Translations under genes and position numbers: made by a program | Shown: positions 8,798 to 17,882 of the stretch, in pieces | Position numbering within the stretch: position 1 is the stretch's first letter | Layout of the letters: every line of letters begins with the position of its first letter | From: a virus | IMG/VR virus record: IMGVR_UViG_3300012964_000010 | Coordinates: 1 to 64,000 of that record | Direction: 5' to 3' (one strand) | Length of the DNA stretch: 64,000 nucleotides | Notes under the pieces: generated by a model | Databases searched by the model: none | What the model saw: the letters and a program-made list of their open reading frames with translations, nothing else | What the model was told of the DNA's origin: nothing

Positions 8798-9319
8798 CTA
8801 CTTGTAAAAATCGTGATTACCGACACGCATCGTCTTCTGTAATTCAAATCTCCAACTCGGATGGCTGGTAAATGGATTATGGAAGTGAGTTGCACCTTTT
8901 GTGTTGTCATGGACTGCACCACTCATTGCTGTGATTGCTACAATACTGGCGACCTGAAATTGATCAACCACGTACTGGTTTATGGTTCCGTCCTTATTTC
9001 TTACCGGTATTTCTTTACCTCTCTTGTCATTTTCGCAATACCACGAAAACGCGCAAACAAGCTTATTTGTTATATGAGATCGTGCTTCAAATTTCACTAC
9101 CTCGCAAATAGTCTTCGGAAACCGTGGATCATGTACACGGTTGAGGGTGACAGAAGCAACCGCAAACTGTCCTCTAATATCTTCATTCCTCGCCTCATAG
9201 TAAACATTTTCTGCAAGACAATATGCTTCCTGCGGATCTATCTTCGATGTATCAATAGCTAATCCACTGATATCGGCGGATTGAAGAAGATATGCAAGCA
9301 ATAATTTTGCTGTTATCAT
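8798..9319 (-). CDS. SleB/CwlJ-family cell wall hydrolase
   Basis: CLAENVYYEAR, VTLNRV, FP.TICEVV, AFSW, GATHFH, GNHDFY. Confidence 0.92.
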   Translation of the reverse strand: MITAKLLLAYLLQSADISGLAIDTSKIDPQEAYCLAENVYYEARNEDIRGQFAVASVTLNRVHDPRFPKTICEVVKFEARSHITNKLVCAFSWYCENDKRGKEIPVRNKDGTINQYVVDQFQVASIVAITAMSGAVHDNTKGATHFHNPFTSHPSWRFELQKTMRVGNHDFYK

Positions 9320-9417
9320 CTTTCTCTCCTAAAATTCCCTCTAAACTCACAAGGGACAATTATTTAGCTCTGTTATTTTAGTATAAACTACATTGTGAAG
9401 TCAACTGGATTAATTTA

Positions 9418-9425
9418 GATAAATA
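9418..9425 (+). promoter_or_regulatory. Late promoter (GATAAATA)
   Basis: Motif upstream of the AAGGA SD of the plus-strand gene. Confidence 0.7.
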
Positions 9426-9443
9426 TAGTAAAGGAATTTATCT

Positions 9444-10055
9444 ATGAAAATTAATCAATTTGACCAAACAGACATATATGAGAGTCTTGCTCCGATGGGT
9501 GGATATTATATATGGACCGTACATTTTACCGATGGTACCGCCGATCAAATTGAAGTTAGAGACAATAATTTATCAGACAAAGAAATAGCAGATCATTTTG
9601 GTAAGGCTGTCTCTAAAGTGGATCGTGATTGGAAAGTTCGCATGAGAGGCGAACGCGGAACCAACGATGAATGGCATAGAGAACAAGATCGTCTCGAAAA
9701 AGAAAAAGCAAAAACTTTATTACCAACCGGCCAACTATACGAAGCTGGAATGAGCGGAATTAATCGCGCTGCACCAGCCTATGATGTTAGTTACGAAGAC
9801 ATTCTAAACGATGTTACAGATAAATGGAAAGGTCAAACTACTGTCGTGAATGAACTTAGTGTTGACAAACTTTCTGCATATAAAGATGCGGCTGCCAGTG
9901 AACAAAGTTTTAAGAAGCGACCGTTAAGGAAGCTTGCTAAGTCTGTGCAAGGTGTGTCCACAGCTACACGCAAAATCGACACAAAATCAACGAAAAAACG
10001 AGAACCAACTGCAGAAAACACATACGAGAGCAGGTTGCAACGATTTCTCAAATAA
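9444..10055 (+). CDS. Hypothetical protein, probable internal head protein
   Basis: Own late promoter and SD; IYE/LYE/VNE putative prohead-protease sites. Confidence 0.75.
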   Translation: MKINQFDQTDIYESLAPMGGYYIWTVHFTDGTADQIEVRDNNLSDKEIADHFGKAVSKVDRDWKVRMRGERGTNDEWHREQDRLEKEKAKTLLPTGQLYEAGMSGINRAAPAYDVSYEDILNDVTDKWKGQTTVVNELSVDKLSAYKDAAASEQSFKKRPLRKLAKSVQGVSTATRKIDTKSTKKREPTAENTYESRLQRFLK

Positions 10056-10061
10056 CAACAC

Positions 10062-10094
10062 AAAATAAAAGCCCTTTACGGGCTTTTATTTTTT
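10062..10094. terminator. Bidirectional terminator between convergent genes
   Basis: AAAAGCCC-TTTAC-GGGCTTTT with A/T tracts on both sides. Confidence 0.85.
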
Positions 10095-10283
10095 CAGAAC
10101 AGAATTAGTTAAGAGTGGAACACACTCATAATGCCAGTGCGGTATCTTTTCAGCGTCATGCTGAGCTCTTGCTATCATGCATTGCTCATACGCAGGATAT
10201 TCTTGCGCTTGTGTAGGTTCGAGACCATACTGGCCGGCGATAAGTGTAATGAGAACCCAGGTGTTCATCCTGCTACTACCCAA
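10086..10283 (-). CDS. Small hypothetical protein, possibly exported
   Basis: 65 aa, hydrophobic N-terminus, two Cys. Confidence 0.5.
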   Translation of the reverse strand: MGSSRMNTWVLITLIAGQYGLEPTQAQEYPAYEQCMIARAQHDAEKIPHWHYECVPLLTNSVLKK

Positions 10284-10350
10284 TTGAGTGCATGACCACT
10301 AAGGTTTGATACTTTAATCATATTTAATTATAACACATTAGTAATTGTAC

Positions 10351-10908
10351 TCAGAGTGTGTCCAAATACTTCACTACATCATCAACCATGGAAACAGTTA
10401 ATGTTATTCTCGGGAATACATTTTTATCACAATATACCGTATGAGGTGATGAGGTCCTTAAGATAGTAGGTCTATCCACCACAACTTCTGTAACTGGTAT
10501 TAGTGTCTTTCTGTATTCCAACGGCCAGGCTCGTGTGCCACCAGAATTCACGGTATGATTTTTATATTGTTCTTCCGTCATCTCAAAAAATGCTGTACGA
10601 CTACCTTCAGTGTTTAAAACAGGTACATTAATTCTTGCCTTAACACCAGCATTTTTGCCAATGGTGTGATCAATGTGTAATGTGCTTGAGTCATAGTTTA
10701 GGACAAGCAATGCAACTTGATTTATCTTTCCGAAGGCAGAGAATCCATCTACAAGCTCCGGAATTTTATCCTCAATCAATGAAAGAGGTATGGGATTCCA
10801 GAAAGGATAGGCATTCAAATCAATGGATCGCTCACGAAGGTATATTGTAAGCAATTTTCTTGTATAAGTTTTGTAGTCACCTACCTCGACATACTTCCAA
10901 TATTGCAT
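10351..10908 (-). CDS. Cupin / 2OG-Fe(II) oxygenase-like protein
   Basis: HID...RINVP...PH.V...R.TL pattern of double-stranded beta-helix enzymes. Confidence 0.6.
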   Translation of the reverse strand: MQYWKYVEVGDYKTYTRKLLTIYLRERSIDLNAYPFWNPIPLSLIEDKIPELVDGFSAFGKINQVALLVLNYDSSTLHIDHTIGKNAGVKARINVPVLNTEGSRTAFFEMTEEQYKNHTVNSGGTRAWPLEYRKTLIPVTEVVVDRPTILRTSSPHTVYCDKNVFPRITLTVSMVDDVVKYLDTL

Positions 10909-10939
10909 TATACTTTTTCTTAGAGTAAAATTGATTCAG

Positions 10940-10967
10940 AATAATAGGGTCTCTCGACCCTATTATT
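10940..10967. terminator. Terminator-like hairpin after NAMPT
   Basis: AATAATAGGGTC-TCTC-GACCCTATTATT. Confidence 0.75.
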
Positions 10968-10975
10968 GACATTGC

Positions 10976-12382
10976 TTACAGGTTGCTGTTAGCACGCACT
11001 TCTTCGAAAGTAATCTCGTTCAGCAGTTTGCCGTCCTTAAACACTTCACGTAGCGCCGATTGCATCCAATCTTCGACACCGGTGGTGTACACACCATTAC
11101 GGTCCTTGTACAGAGTCACTCGGCCTTTCTTGGATACCTTACCTTGGTCGGTAATCGGATCCTTAAACACATCTACCCACTTGCCGTTGATGCGTGCCGC
11201 ACTCGCCTTCATTGCGAACTTTTGCGTGTCGCGGTTAACGATTTGCAGCAATGCGCCGCCCATACCAAAGGCAAAGTTGTCAGCGGACCAGCCACCAAGA
11301 TCGACCATGCGACGCAGGATTGCTTCAATGGATTGCTGATTAATACCGTCGCCCCAGATGATTCGCACGTTATTCAACACTTTAAACCCTTTGTCGTTCA
11401 CTGCATAACCGAAACCTTCATAAACAGTCCCATCGGCGTCGGTAAACCCCTCGGCCAGGATTCTCATCATCTTAGGCACAACTTCAACCGGGTCACCAGA
11501 ATCCGGGCGGATGACCACAGTTGCACCAGATGCAATAATTGCATTCTTCAGCTTCACCCAAATCTTGCAGGCATTGAAGATGTTGTAGCTATCGCTAACA
11601 ACTGCAAGGATTGCACCGGGTTTGCCGAATTGTTTAATCATGTTGCGATATGCAATCTCTTCACCATCACGCAACCAGGCAGTGATAGTGCTGTGTTCTG
11701 CGGCCGGAATACTGAAGCCAGTTGCGTTCAGCGGCGAACCATAGTAACGGTTGGCTGCAATGATGCTCACTGCGGTATCAGTGCCCATGAAGTTCACGAG
11801 GTGTGCCATACCGCCCAGCATTGCGGATTCGTTCGTGCTCACACCTCGTGCACCGAAGTCATGCAGCTTGAACGGAAGTCCTGTTACATCGCCGGACACT
11901 TCCAGGTACTTCTTGATTACCTGCTTGATTTCCCAACTCTGGGTTGCCACAGTAGTCGGGTACCAGATTGCGCGCAGCAGCGGAGTCTCAACCCAGGTGG
12001 TCAACCACGGCACCTTCGGGTCGGTGTTTTCGATAGTAGCAAGAACATTTTTTACAGGAATCACAAGACCTTCGGGCGCGGCCTTAATGACCAGCGGCAG
12101 GTAACCTTTGTGTTCTTTCAGGATATATTCCCAGCCTTCGCGATTGAAAGGCTCGCCGTGACCAGTCCAGAACATTTCTGCGAAGTCGATTTCTTCTTGG
12201 GTAATGGGACGAAGCAGGTATTCCTTGATGAATGCTTGGACACCCAGTAACAGGGTTGCATCGTAGAGACCACCGCGGGATTCGATATATGAGTAGACGT
12301 ACTCAGTACCCTCGGGGTATTGTTTCCACATACTGACCTTATACGAGTCAGTATTGATTAAAATTGAATTTTCCATTTTCAT
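10976..12382 (-). CDS. nadV: Nicotinamide phosphoribosyltransferase (NAMPT)
   Basis: TDSYK, LHDFGARG, PAAEHS, VSDSY, IRPDSG, GDG, FGMGG, RDT.KFAMK. Confidence 0.96.
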   Translation of the reverse strand: MKMENSILINTDSYKVSMWKQYPEGTEYVYSYIESRGGLYDATLLLGVQAFIKEYLLRPITQEEIDFAEMFWTGHGEPFNREGWEYILKEHKGYLPLVIKAAPEGLVIPVKNVLATIENTDPKVPWLTTWVETPLLRAIWYPTTVATQSWEIKQVIKKYLEVSGDVTGLPFKLHDFGARGVSTNESAMLGGMAHLVNFMGTDTAVSIIAANRYYGSPLNATGFSIPAAEHSTITAWLRDGEEIAYRNMIKQFGKPGAILAVVSDSYNIFNACKIWVKLKNAIIASGATVVIRPDSGDPVEVVPKMMRILAEGFTDADGTVYEGFGYAVNDKGFKVLNNVRIIWGDGINQQSIEAILRRMVDLGGWSADNFAFGMGGALLQIVNRDTQKFAMKASAARINGKWVDVFKDPITDQGKVSKKGRVTLYKDRNGVYTTGVEDWMQSALREVFKDGKLLNEITFEEVRANSNL

Positions 12383-12423
12383 AATAAGCTCCTTATTAAA
12401 TAATGCCTCGCTCTATTGCAAGG
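12382..12423 (-). promoter_or_regulatory. Structured 5' leader of nadV (AUAGA-loop hairpin plus SD-loop hairpin)
   Basis: CCUUGC-AAUAGA-GCGAGG followed by UAAUAAG-GAG-CUUAUUA(UG). Confidence 0.6.
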
Positions 12424-12431
12424 ACTTGCCA

Positions 12432-12674
12432 CTATAATAACACAGCTCTTAGTGCAAGAGCAACTGCATCCTCCGAAGAATATTGATAGTTTGTGTTATC
12501 GCGATCCTTTAAATATACTGTCTTTCCATCCTTAAAGGCAAAGATATAAGATGCACAATATCGCATCCTTATTGGAATATAATTAAAATTATTAAAATTA
12601 CGTTCATTAATTGCAACTATCTCAGAATATCCATATGCTTCCTGTGCGTATTCTTCGAACTTAAGGTAGATCAT
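12432..12674 (-). CDS. Hypothetical protein
   Basis: 80 aa ORF ending in EDAVALAL. Confidence 0.65.
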   Translation of the reverse strand: MIYLKFEEYAQEAYGYSEIVAINERNFNNFNYIPIRMRYCASYIFAFKDGKTVYLKDRDNTNYQYSSEDAVALALRAVLL

Positions 12675-12931
12675 TCTCTTGTCTCTGCATCGATAATATG
12701 CCGATGAAGAACTGGTACACCCTTTACAATATCTCCACCATATGTTAAGGAGTATGCAGTAGCATCCTCTTCCCTATTAAAACGGAGATGTGACAAAATC
12801 ATATCTCTATTTGGTAACACAGAAATGGGGTGATATTCAACATTGTCGTATCCTCTCTCATTAAGATTTGATACCAACTCGTAGAATTCTCTTCTACCAT
12901 TAAGAGGATTAACCTGGATATAATAAGTCAT
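12671..12931 (-). CDS. Hypothetical protein (F..EDA..[FY].L family)
   Basis: LRFNREEDATAYSLTY. Confidence 0.65.
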   Translation of the reverse strand: MTYYIQVNPLNGRREFYELVSNLNERGYDNVEYHPISVLPNRDMILSHLRFNREEDATAYSLTYGGDIVKGVPVLHRHIIDAETRE

Positions 12932-13389
12932 TTCAAATTTCGAATTTTCACGATCACTTCTTCGAGTGTATCTACTACAGGAATCCAATGACGCTTACAT
13001 ACAATCTCTACGTTACCTTTTCTCCAATAACCATCGGGGCAACATACGATAACCAATTTCTGTGCAGTTTTAGCCATTAGCCCGAGTTCCATTAGTGTAA
13101 TCGGCGATTTGGTATTAGGATCAAAATAAAACACAACCAAATCAGCATAATTCAACGCATCCAATTCCCAATTCACTTGTTCGGCGAATTCGGGATTATC
13201 TGCCACCTGAGGAACACTATTGTTCCAGTTGTCACGGCGTGGATTAAGGAAAGTAATATCGGTATCTGCACATTCACGGATTATATGCTTTTGCCATTCC
13301 TCGGCACTATTCATTTCGATACTACCACCCAGAAATACCGTAATAGCATCTAAGTGTTGGTATGCGTTAGGTGCTTGAATCTCAATCAT
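12928..13389 (-). CDS. Nucleoside 2-deoxyribosyltransferase-like protein
   Basis: VFLGGSI, NPRR, QVNWE, SPITLMELG, GYWRKGNV. Confidence 0.85.
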   Translation of the reverse strand: MIEIQAPNAYQHLDAITVFLGGSIEMNSAEEWQKHIIRECADTDITFLNPRRDNWNNSVPQVADNPEFAEQVNWELDALNYADLVVFYFDPNTKSPITLMELGLMAKTAQKLVIVCCPDGYWRKGNVEIVCKRHWIPVVDTLEEVIVKIRNLK

Positions 13390-13643
13390 TATCGATCTCC
13401 ACTACCTGGGTAATCACGTTCACTGTGGCCAGTACCGGTGGATACTGTTTCTTTGAAATGAACTGTAGCACCAGCGAATGCCTTCTCGTCACGTTCACTG
13501 TAGCCATAACCGACACTCTGAGTTACCAGATTGAGTTCAACACTCTTAACTTTCATACCAGTCTCATCCTCAACTGCTTTACAAATTATCTCTTTAACCG
13601 TATCGGCTGAGATAGTCATTGATGTTGCAAATTTAAATTTCAT
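13389..13643 (-). CDS. Hypothetical protein
   Basis: ORF in operon. Confidence 0.6.
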   Translation of the reverse strand: MKFKFATSMTISADTVKEIICKAVEDETGMKVKSVELNLVTQSVGYGYSERDEKAFAGATVHFKETVSTGTGHSERDYPGSGDR

Positions 13644-13644
13644 A

Positions 13645-13902
13645 TCATAACCCCAGTGCTGCACGTTCAGCAGCGGTTAATTTGGCCAATGCTTGTGCTC
13701 GAAGCGCCTGTTCCTTGGCTTCCTTATATTCTTGTATCGACTCGTATATAGTAATTGATTTTTGATATCGACTATAACCCATATAGCCATTACCATTTAC
13801 AAGTTCTTTGGCCAGGGATTCAGTGGATACAAATGCAACATGGTTATGAGTGTAACCATCGGTATCCCAAACTTCATAACAATCCATATCAAATTGTTTC
13901 AT
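13645..13902 (-). CDS. Hypothetical protein
   Basis: Ends in ALAKLT.AERAALGL, a common phage C-terminal motif. Confidence 0.7.
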   Translation of the reverse strand: MKQFDMDCYEVWDTDGYTHNHVAFVSTESLAKELVNGNGYMGYSRYQKSITIYESIQEYKEAKEQALRAQALAKLTAAERAALGL

Positions 13903-14117
13903 CTTAAACCTTTCCCTCTTCCGAGTCTTGTATTTTTCATCTTATCCCTTAATGAGAGAAGATAATCACGATCCTTTATGTATGCTTCTTTCAGAGTTGT
14001 ATCACCTGCAGCAATCGCATCTAATATTTTCTTATCAGACCGTGACGCTTCGTTTGTAATGCAGTTTATGATATTCTCAGCATCTACATCGTTGACAATG
14101 AAATCGAAATGTATCAT
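13899..14117 (-). CDS. Hypothetical protein
   Basis: Probable start MIHFDF after GGAGG SD. Confidence 0.65.
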   Translation of the reverse strand: MIHFDFIVNDVDAENIINCITNEASRSDKKILDAIAAGDTTLKEAYIKDRDYLLSLRDKMKNTRLGRGKGLR

Positions 14118-14118
14118 A

Positions 14119-15165
14119 TCAACCTCCCACTGCCCAGGTAATAATGTCATAGTGATCATCAAAACATTCATCTGGCCGGATGCTTGCAATCTGACGCCAC
14201 ATCTGACGCCACGGTACATCCTCGGCATCGTCCATACCCTTAACCTTATCTAAAGGCCCATCAGGGAGCACAATCTTGAAAGCATGTGTAATAGTGCGGC
14301 CGCGTGCACTGCGGTCAATCGCATCAAACACACGAGAATCCATGATGCTACCGATTAAGACTGGCACCGGAACCTTAAGGCCAGTTTCTTCACGAAGTTC
14401 GCGAATTGCCGCATCTTGCACGCTCTTATCGGTATTAGCATTTACAAATCCACCGGGCAGCGCCCACAGGCCCTTACCGGGTTCGGAGCGACGCTTAACC
14501 ATCAATACATGACCCGATTTAATTACCACGGAATCAGCAGTGCTGAAGATAGGTGGATAAGCCATACCTTCGAACTGTTTCTTGTACTTTGCAATAAATT
14601 CGCGTTCACGAATAATCTGTGCATATTCGGGAGTTTTCTGAAACATTTCCAGAAAGGTTAAAGTCTGGTGCGGGATTACAGTTTGGATAAACTTAAAGTT
14701 CATCCTATCACGGAAGTACAGATCACGAATATCACTTGCGTTAAGCTGTTCCAGGAGTTCTACTTCTTCGTGTTCCCATTGTGGGAACATGCGGAGATAG
14801 AAGCTCGATGCATCCTTACTATGGCCAATAATACCAATCTTGTCATCGGTATTACTGTATTTTGCCACAATGGATTGCACACGCGCTGCCCAGGCCTGGT
14901 CATTGTAAAGACTGTCTCGAACAGGTTCGATGTGCACTTCATTCAGTGACATGTTATTAGTTACGGTCGATCGCAGAAGCGAAGTGCGCTCTGCGACAGT
15001 GAACGGATTCTTGAAGGTGCGGGGCGTATCTGCGCTGCCCAGGATGATGACCAGTTTCTTGGCCATTGCGCCAGCACGATGAATAATCTCCGCGTGGGCA
15101 TTGTGTAGGGGTTGGAAACGACCGATGTAGACCATCAGGTCATATTTCTTTTTATATTGTTCCAT
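14119..15165 (-). CDS. nadM: Bifunctional NMN adenylyltransferase / Nudix ADP-ribose pyrophosphatase (NadM-Nudix, NatV-like)
   Basis: IGRFQPLHNAH, KNPFT..ER, Nudix box GGF...AAIRELREETG. Confidence 0.95.
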   Translation of the reverse strand: MEQYKKKYDLMVYIGRFQPLHNAHAEIIHRAGAMAKKLVIILGSADTPRTFKNPFTVAERTSLLRSTVTNNMSLNEVHIEPVRDSLYNDQAWAARVQSIVAKYSNTDDKIGIIGHSKDASSFYLRMFPQWEHEEVELLEQLNASDIRDLYFRDRMNFKFIQTVIPHQTLTFLEMFQKTPEYAQIIREREFIAKYKKQFEGMAYPPIFSTADSVVIKSGHVLMVKRRSEPGKGLWALPGGFVNANTDKSVQDAAIRELREETGLKVPVPVLIGSIMDSRVFDAIDRSARGRTITHAFKIVLPDGPLDKVKGMDDAEDVPWRQMWRQIASIRPDECFDDHYDIITWAVGG

Positions 15166-15223
15166 TCTAAACTCCTTAGAATTGTTGATATGCGGTAGAG
15201 TCTATCTCTACAACATATTTATA
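15164..15223 (-). promoter_or_regulatory. Late promoter TATAAATA plus structured 5' leader of nadM
   Basis: TATAAATA at 15216-15223, GUAGAG-AUAGA-CUCUAC, then AUUCUAAG-GAG-UUUAGAAU(G). Confidence 0.65.
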
Positions 15224-15257
15224 CTTTAACAGTATTTTATCAAAAGATCAAGAACTA

Positions 15258-15728
15258 TCAGTTGTCGAAACCGCGGCAGTATTCGTCATTACTGTCGCCG
15301 CATACTTCTTGAATATCGGCACCTGATGCAGACTTACCAACGCAAGAGTTATTGAAACGATTAACACGTTCATTGTATTGATCGGATCGATCATTAAAAA
15401 TTTTCTTATCACGCTTATATTGGCGTAGAAGAGAATTATATTCTTCGGCATCGCGTCTAAACTCTTCTCGCACACTATAATTATATTCTGGTGTTCCACC
15501 ATTGAAACTATTAATCATTGCTAATCGCGTTTCAAGGAAAGGTCGTTTGATATCTAGTGTACGACGCTCACTATCTACATCGTCACCAAAACTATCAAGT
15601 TGTTCTTTTTGACGATCGAGTGATAATGAATCAAAACGGCATGTCCGAAGTTGGTCAATTGTTAGATCCGCTGCAAAGGCACCTGTTGCAGCAATAGAAA
15701 AAAGCCCTGCGATAATAATTGTTTTCAT
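15258..15728 (-). CDS. Exported coiled-coil protein
   Basis: Sec signal MKTIIIAGLFSIAATGAFA/AD, four Cys. Confidence 0.75.
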   Translation of the reverse strand: MKTIIIAGLFSIAATGAFAADLTIDQLRTCRFDSLSLDRQKEQLDSFGDDVDSERRTLDIKRPFLETRLAMINSFNGGTPEYNYSVREEFRRDAEEYNSLLRQYKRDKKIFNDRSDQYNERVNRFNNSCVGKSASGADIQEVCGDSNDEYCRGFDN

Positions 15729-15736
15729 CTTAATCC

Positions 15737-16015
15737 TTAACCATTGCGAAGTTTTTGCATAATTCTTTTAGCTTCATCTTCTCGTTCTTTTTGAAATTGA
15801 TCCCATCGTTTTTTCACCTCAAGGCAGAAAAGGTATAGAAGATAAAGAAAGAACATGGACACAAGGCCCACAGCCCAAATTACAAATGCGTTAAATACAC
15901 CGAGTATACAAGCAGGAATAATTCCCAGGCCGGTATAGAATAGGAATAGTAAAGAAATTTTTTCATCAATACTAAGTCTATTCCACCACCATTTAACAAA
16001 TCGCAATACATCCAT
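15737..16015 (-). CDS. Membrane protein
   Basis: Two TM segments. Confidence 0.7.
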   Translation of the reverse strand: MDVLRFVKWWWNRLSIDEKISLLFLFYTGLGIIPACILGVFNAFVIWAVGLVSMFFLYLLYLFCLEVKKRWDQFQKEREDEAKRIMQKLRNG

Positions 16016-16308
16016 TATTCACTACTCCCTTTATCAAGGTCCCCAAACAGCCTAAGAAACTCTTCCTCTTCCTCAACCGTCCATTCAATGATATCAGTAT
16101 AGTCATCATCAAGGATTGGAATCACCGAGGATGCGTCGATTTCAGCCAGTTGACCAATCATCGGATGATGAATATTGTTAGTGTTGGCCCAGGTCATGGC
16201 CATCTCTCTTGCCTTGTTAGCTGATACGGCCTCTACTATTATGTAATGTATATCAGCTGCAACCGGGCCGGACTCAATACTAACTTTCCATTTTGATAAT
16301 TTTGGCAT
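16015..16308 (-). CDS. Hypothetical protein
   Basis: 97 aa ORF, acidic C-terminus. Confidence 0.65.
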   Translation of the reverse strand: MPKLSKWKVSIESGPVAADIHYIIVEAVSANKAREMAMTWANTNNIHHPMIGQLAEIDASSVIPILDDDYTDIIEWTVEEEEEFLRLFGDLDKGSSE

Positions 16309-16744
16309 ATTCAGCCTTGTAAACTCGATTCCTTAAACTACTTGTCGAGAATCCGTGATTTCTAGAATTAAAGACGACCTTCTCACTCATACACGGGATA
16401 TCATGTCCTGTGTATGGTTTTCCTTGCCAATCAGCTCCAATAAATCTTTTATCAAATTTGATTGAACAAAAGAGATTATACAAGTCTTGTTCGGTTTCGT
16501 AAACCACAACCTCGTCGATGTACTTGCATGCACGCACTTGGAGATATCGTTCATGTACACTTTGAATGGGCACATTCTTCTCAGCCCTATCAATATTCGG
16601 ATTAGTCTGTAACAGTACGATAAGATAATCGCACTGTCCCTTACATTCCTCGAACATCAAAAAATGTCCAGCGTGAGTCAAATCAAATGACCCAGCTGTT
16701 ACACCAATGATGCCTTTACTATTACTACTCCTGTTCTGAATCAT
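16280..16744 (-). CDS. Cytidylyltransferase (TagD/RfaE-like HxGH family)
   Basis: GSFDLTHAGH, ER, IDEV, GADW, STSSLR. Confidence 0.9.
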   Translation of the reverse strand: MIQNRSSNSKGIIGVTAGSFDLTHAGHFLMFEECKGQCDYLIVLLQTNPNIDRAEKNVPIQSVHERYLQVRACKYIDEVVVYETEQDLYNLFCSIKFDKRFIGADWQGKPYTGHDIPCMSEKVVFNSRNHGFSTSSLRNRVYKAEYAKIIKMES

Positions 16745-16746
16745 TA

Positions 16747-17073
16747 TCAGACAGGAAAAGGCCATGCGCCGGCACTAATAAGTTGTGCCTTACGTGCCGG
16801 GGTGATTCCATTAGATGGAGAAGCAAATGCTTCTTCAGCCATTTGCTTCTCCATCTTCGAACCATTCACTACTTCAGCAAGATATTTGTCCTTAACATGG
16901 GATAAGAAATACTTACCGACAGAGGATGAATTCTGCATCTCCTCAACCACAAAGGCAGGAACACCTGAATAACGATAGAAACTACCGTTATTAAATTTGA
17001 CTGTGAGATTTGTGCGGCGTGGGTTGTAAGCAAATGCTTCAATCATGCTGCTTTTTACTTTAATAATATCCAT
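16747..17073 (-). CDS. KTSC-domain protein
   Basis: SSMI...Y....L.VKF.NG..Y.YSGVP.......SVGKYF. Confidence 0.88.
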   Translation of the reverse strand: MDIIKVKSSMIEAFAYNPRRTNLTVKFNNGSFYRYSGVPAFVVEEMQNSSSVGKYFLSHVKDKYLAEVVNGSKMEKQMAEEAFASPSNGITPARKAQLISAGAWPFPV

Positions 17074-17099
17074 ATTTTTACCTCTTTAATTAAATTTAC

Positions 17100-17882
17100 T
17101 TATTTGAAGTTGACAAATTCTACAACTTCAAATTTCTTCTTCTTATCTAACATGACTACTGCCCCAGATAAGAATCCACCTTTACCACAACCGGTATCTA
17201 AGAAAATAACCTTACCGCCATGGCTGTTTGGAACAACCATAGGTTCAGTAATCGGAATATTGTTGATAGGCTGTTTATCATGTCCCACGATAAGAGTCTT
17301 CCCATTCGGAACTTCGTTGATCCAATTGTATAAGCGAACTGGATAACCATCATCGTATTTTTCACCATTTGTTTCACCGACGATAAACCTCGATCTTTCA
17401 GTCTTACCAATATTTGGATTTTCTTCCCAGAGTGCGGGATGACTTGCTGCGTGTACCAATGCAATATCATCAAAATGGTGATATAATCCCGAGAAATATT
17501 TGTCAGAAATTAAACGAGTATACGCCTGCATAAAATCTTCATACCGTGCTTCCCCGACATCTTCTAAAGTCTGCTTAGAATCCCTGGAGAATACAACCTG
17601 GGCACCACGTGTGTAATAACGATGAAATTTATCATCGTGATTACCCAAAGTGAAACCGCCGAGTCCTTCGTAAATGATTTCATCCATTGCCCTAATAGTT
17701 TCGTAAGGTTTGCGACCACGATCAACTAAATCCCCGAGTGACATGAAGAAAAAGTTTTCGCTGACTGCATAGTCGTGAGCACGCTTGAAGGAATCGTAAT
17801 CTCCGTGTACATCTCCGAAGACTAACATTCCATCAAAATTTCCCCTAACATGATCAGCTAACTTAAACATTTCTACTTTCAC
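17100..17882 (-). CDS. Calcineurin-like metallophosphoesterase (PrpE/Pnkp-like)
   Basis: GDVHG, GDLVDRG, GNHD, VGH, DTGC. Confidence 0.9.
   Translation of the reverse strand: MKVEMFKLADHVRGNFDGMLVFGDVHGDYDSFKRAHDYAVSENFFFMSLGDLVDRGRKPYETIRAMDEIIYEGLGGFTLGNHDDKFHRYYTRGAQVVFSRDSKQTLEDVGEARYEDFMQAYTRLISDKYFSGLYHHFDDIALVHAASHPALWEENPNIGKTERSRFIVGETNGEKYDDGYPVRLYNWINEVPNGKTLIVGHDKQPINNIPITEPMVVPNSHGGKVIFLDTGCGKGGFLSGAVVMLDKKKKFEVVEFVNFK

Noticed and set aside
11060-12250. 396-aa plus-strand ORF
   Set aside because: Entirely antisense to nadV, with no SD or recognisable motifs; explained by the codon bias of the real gene
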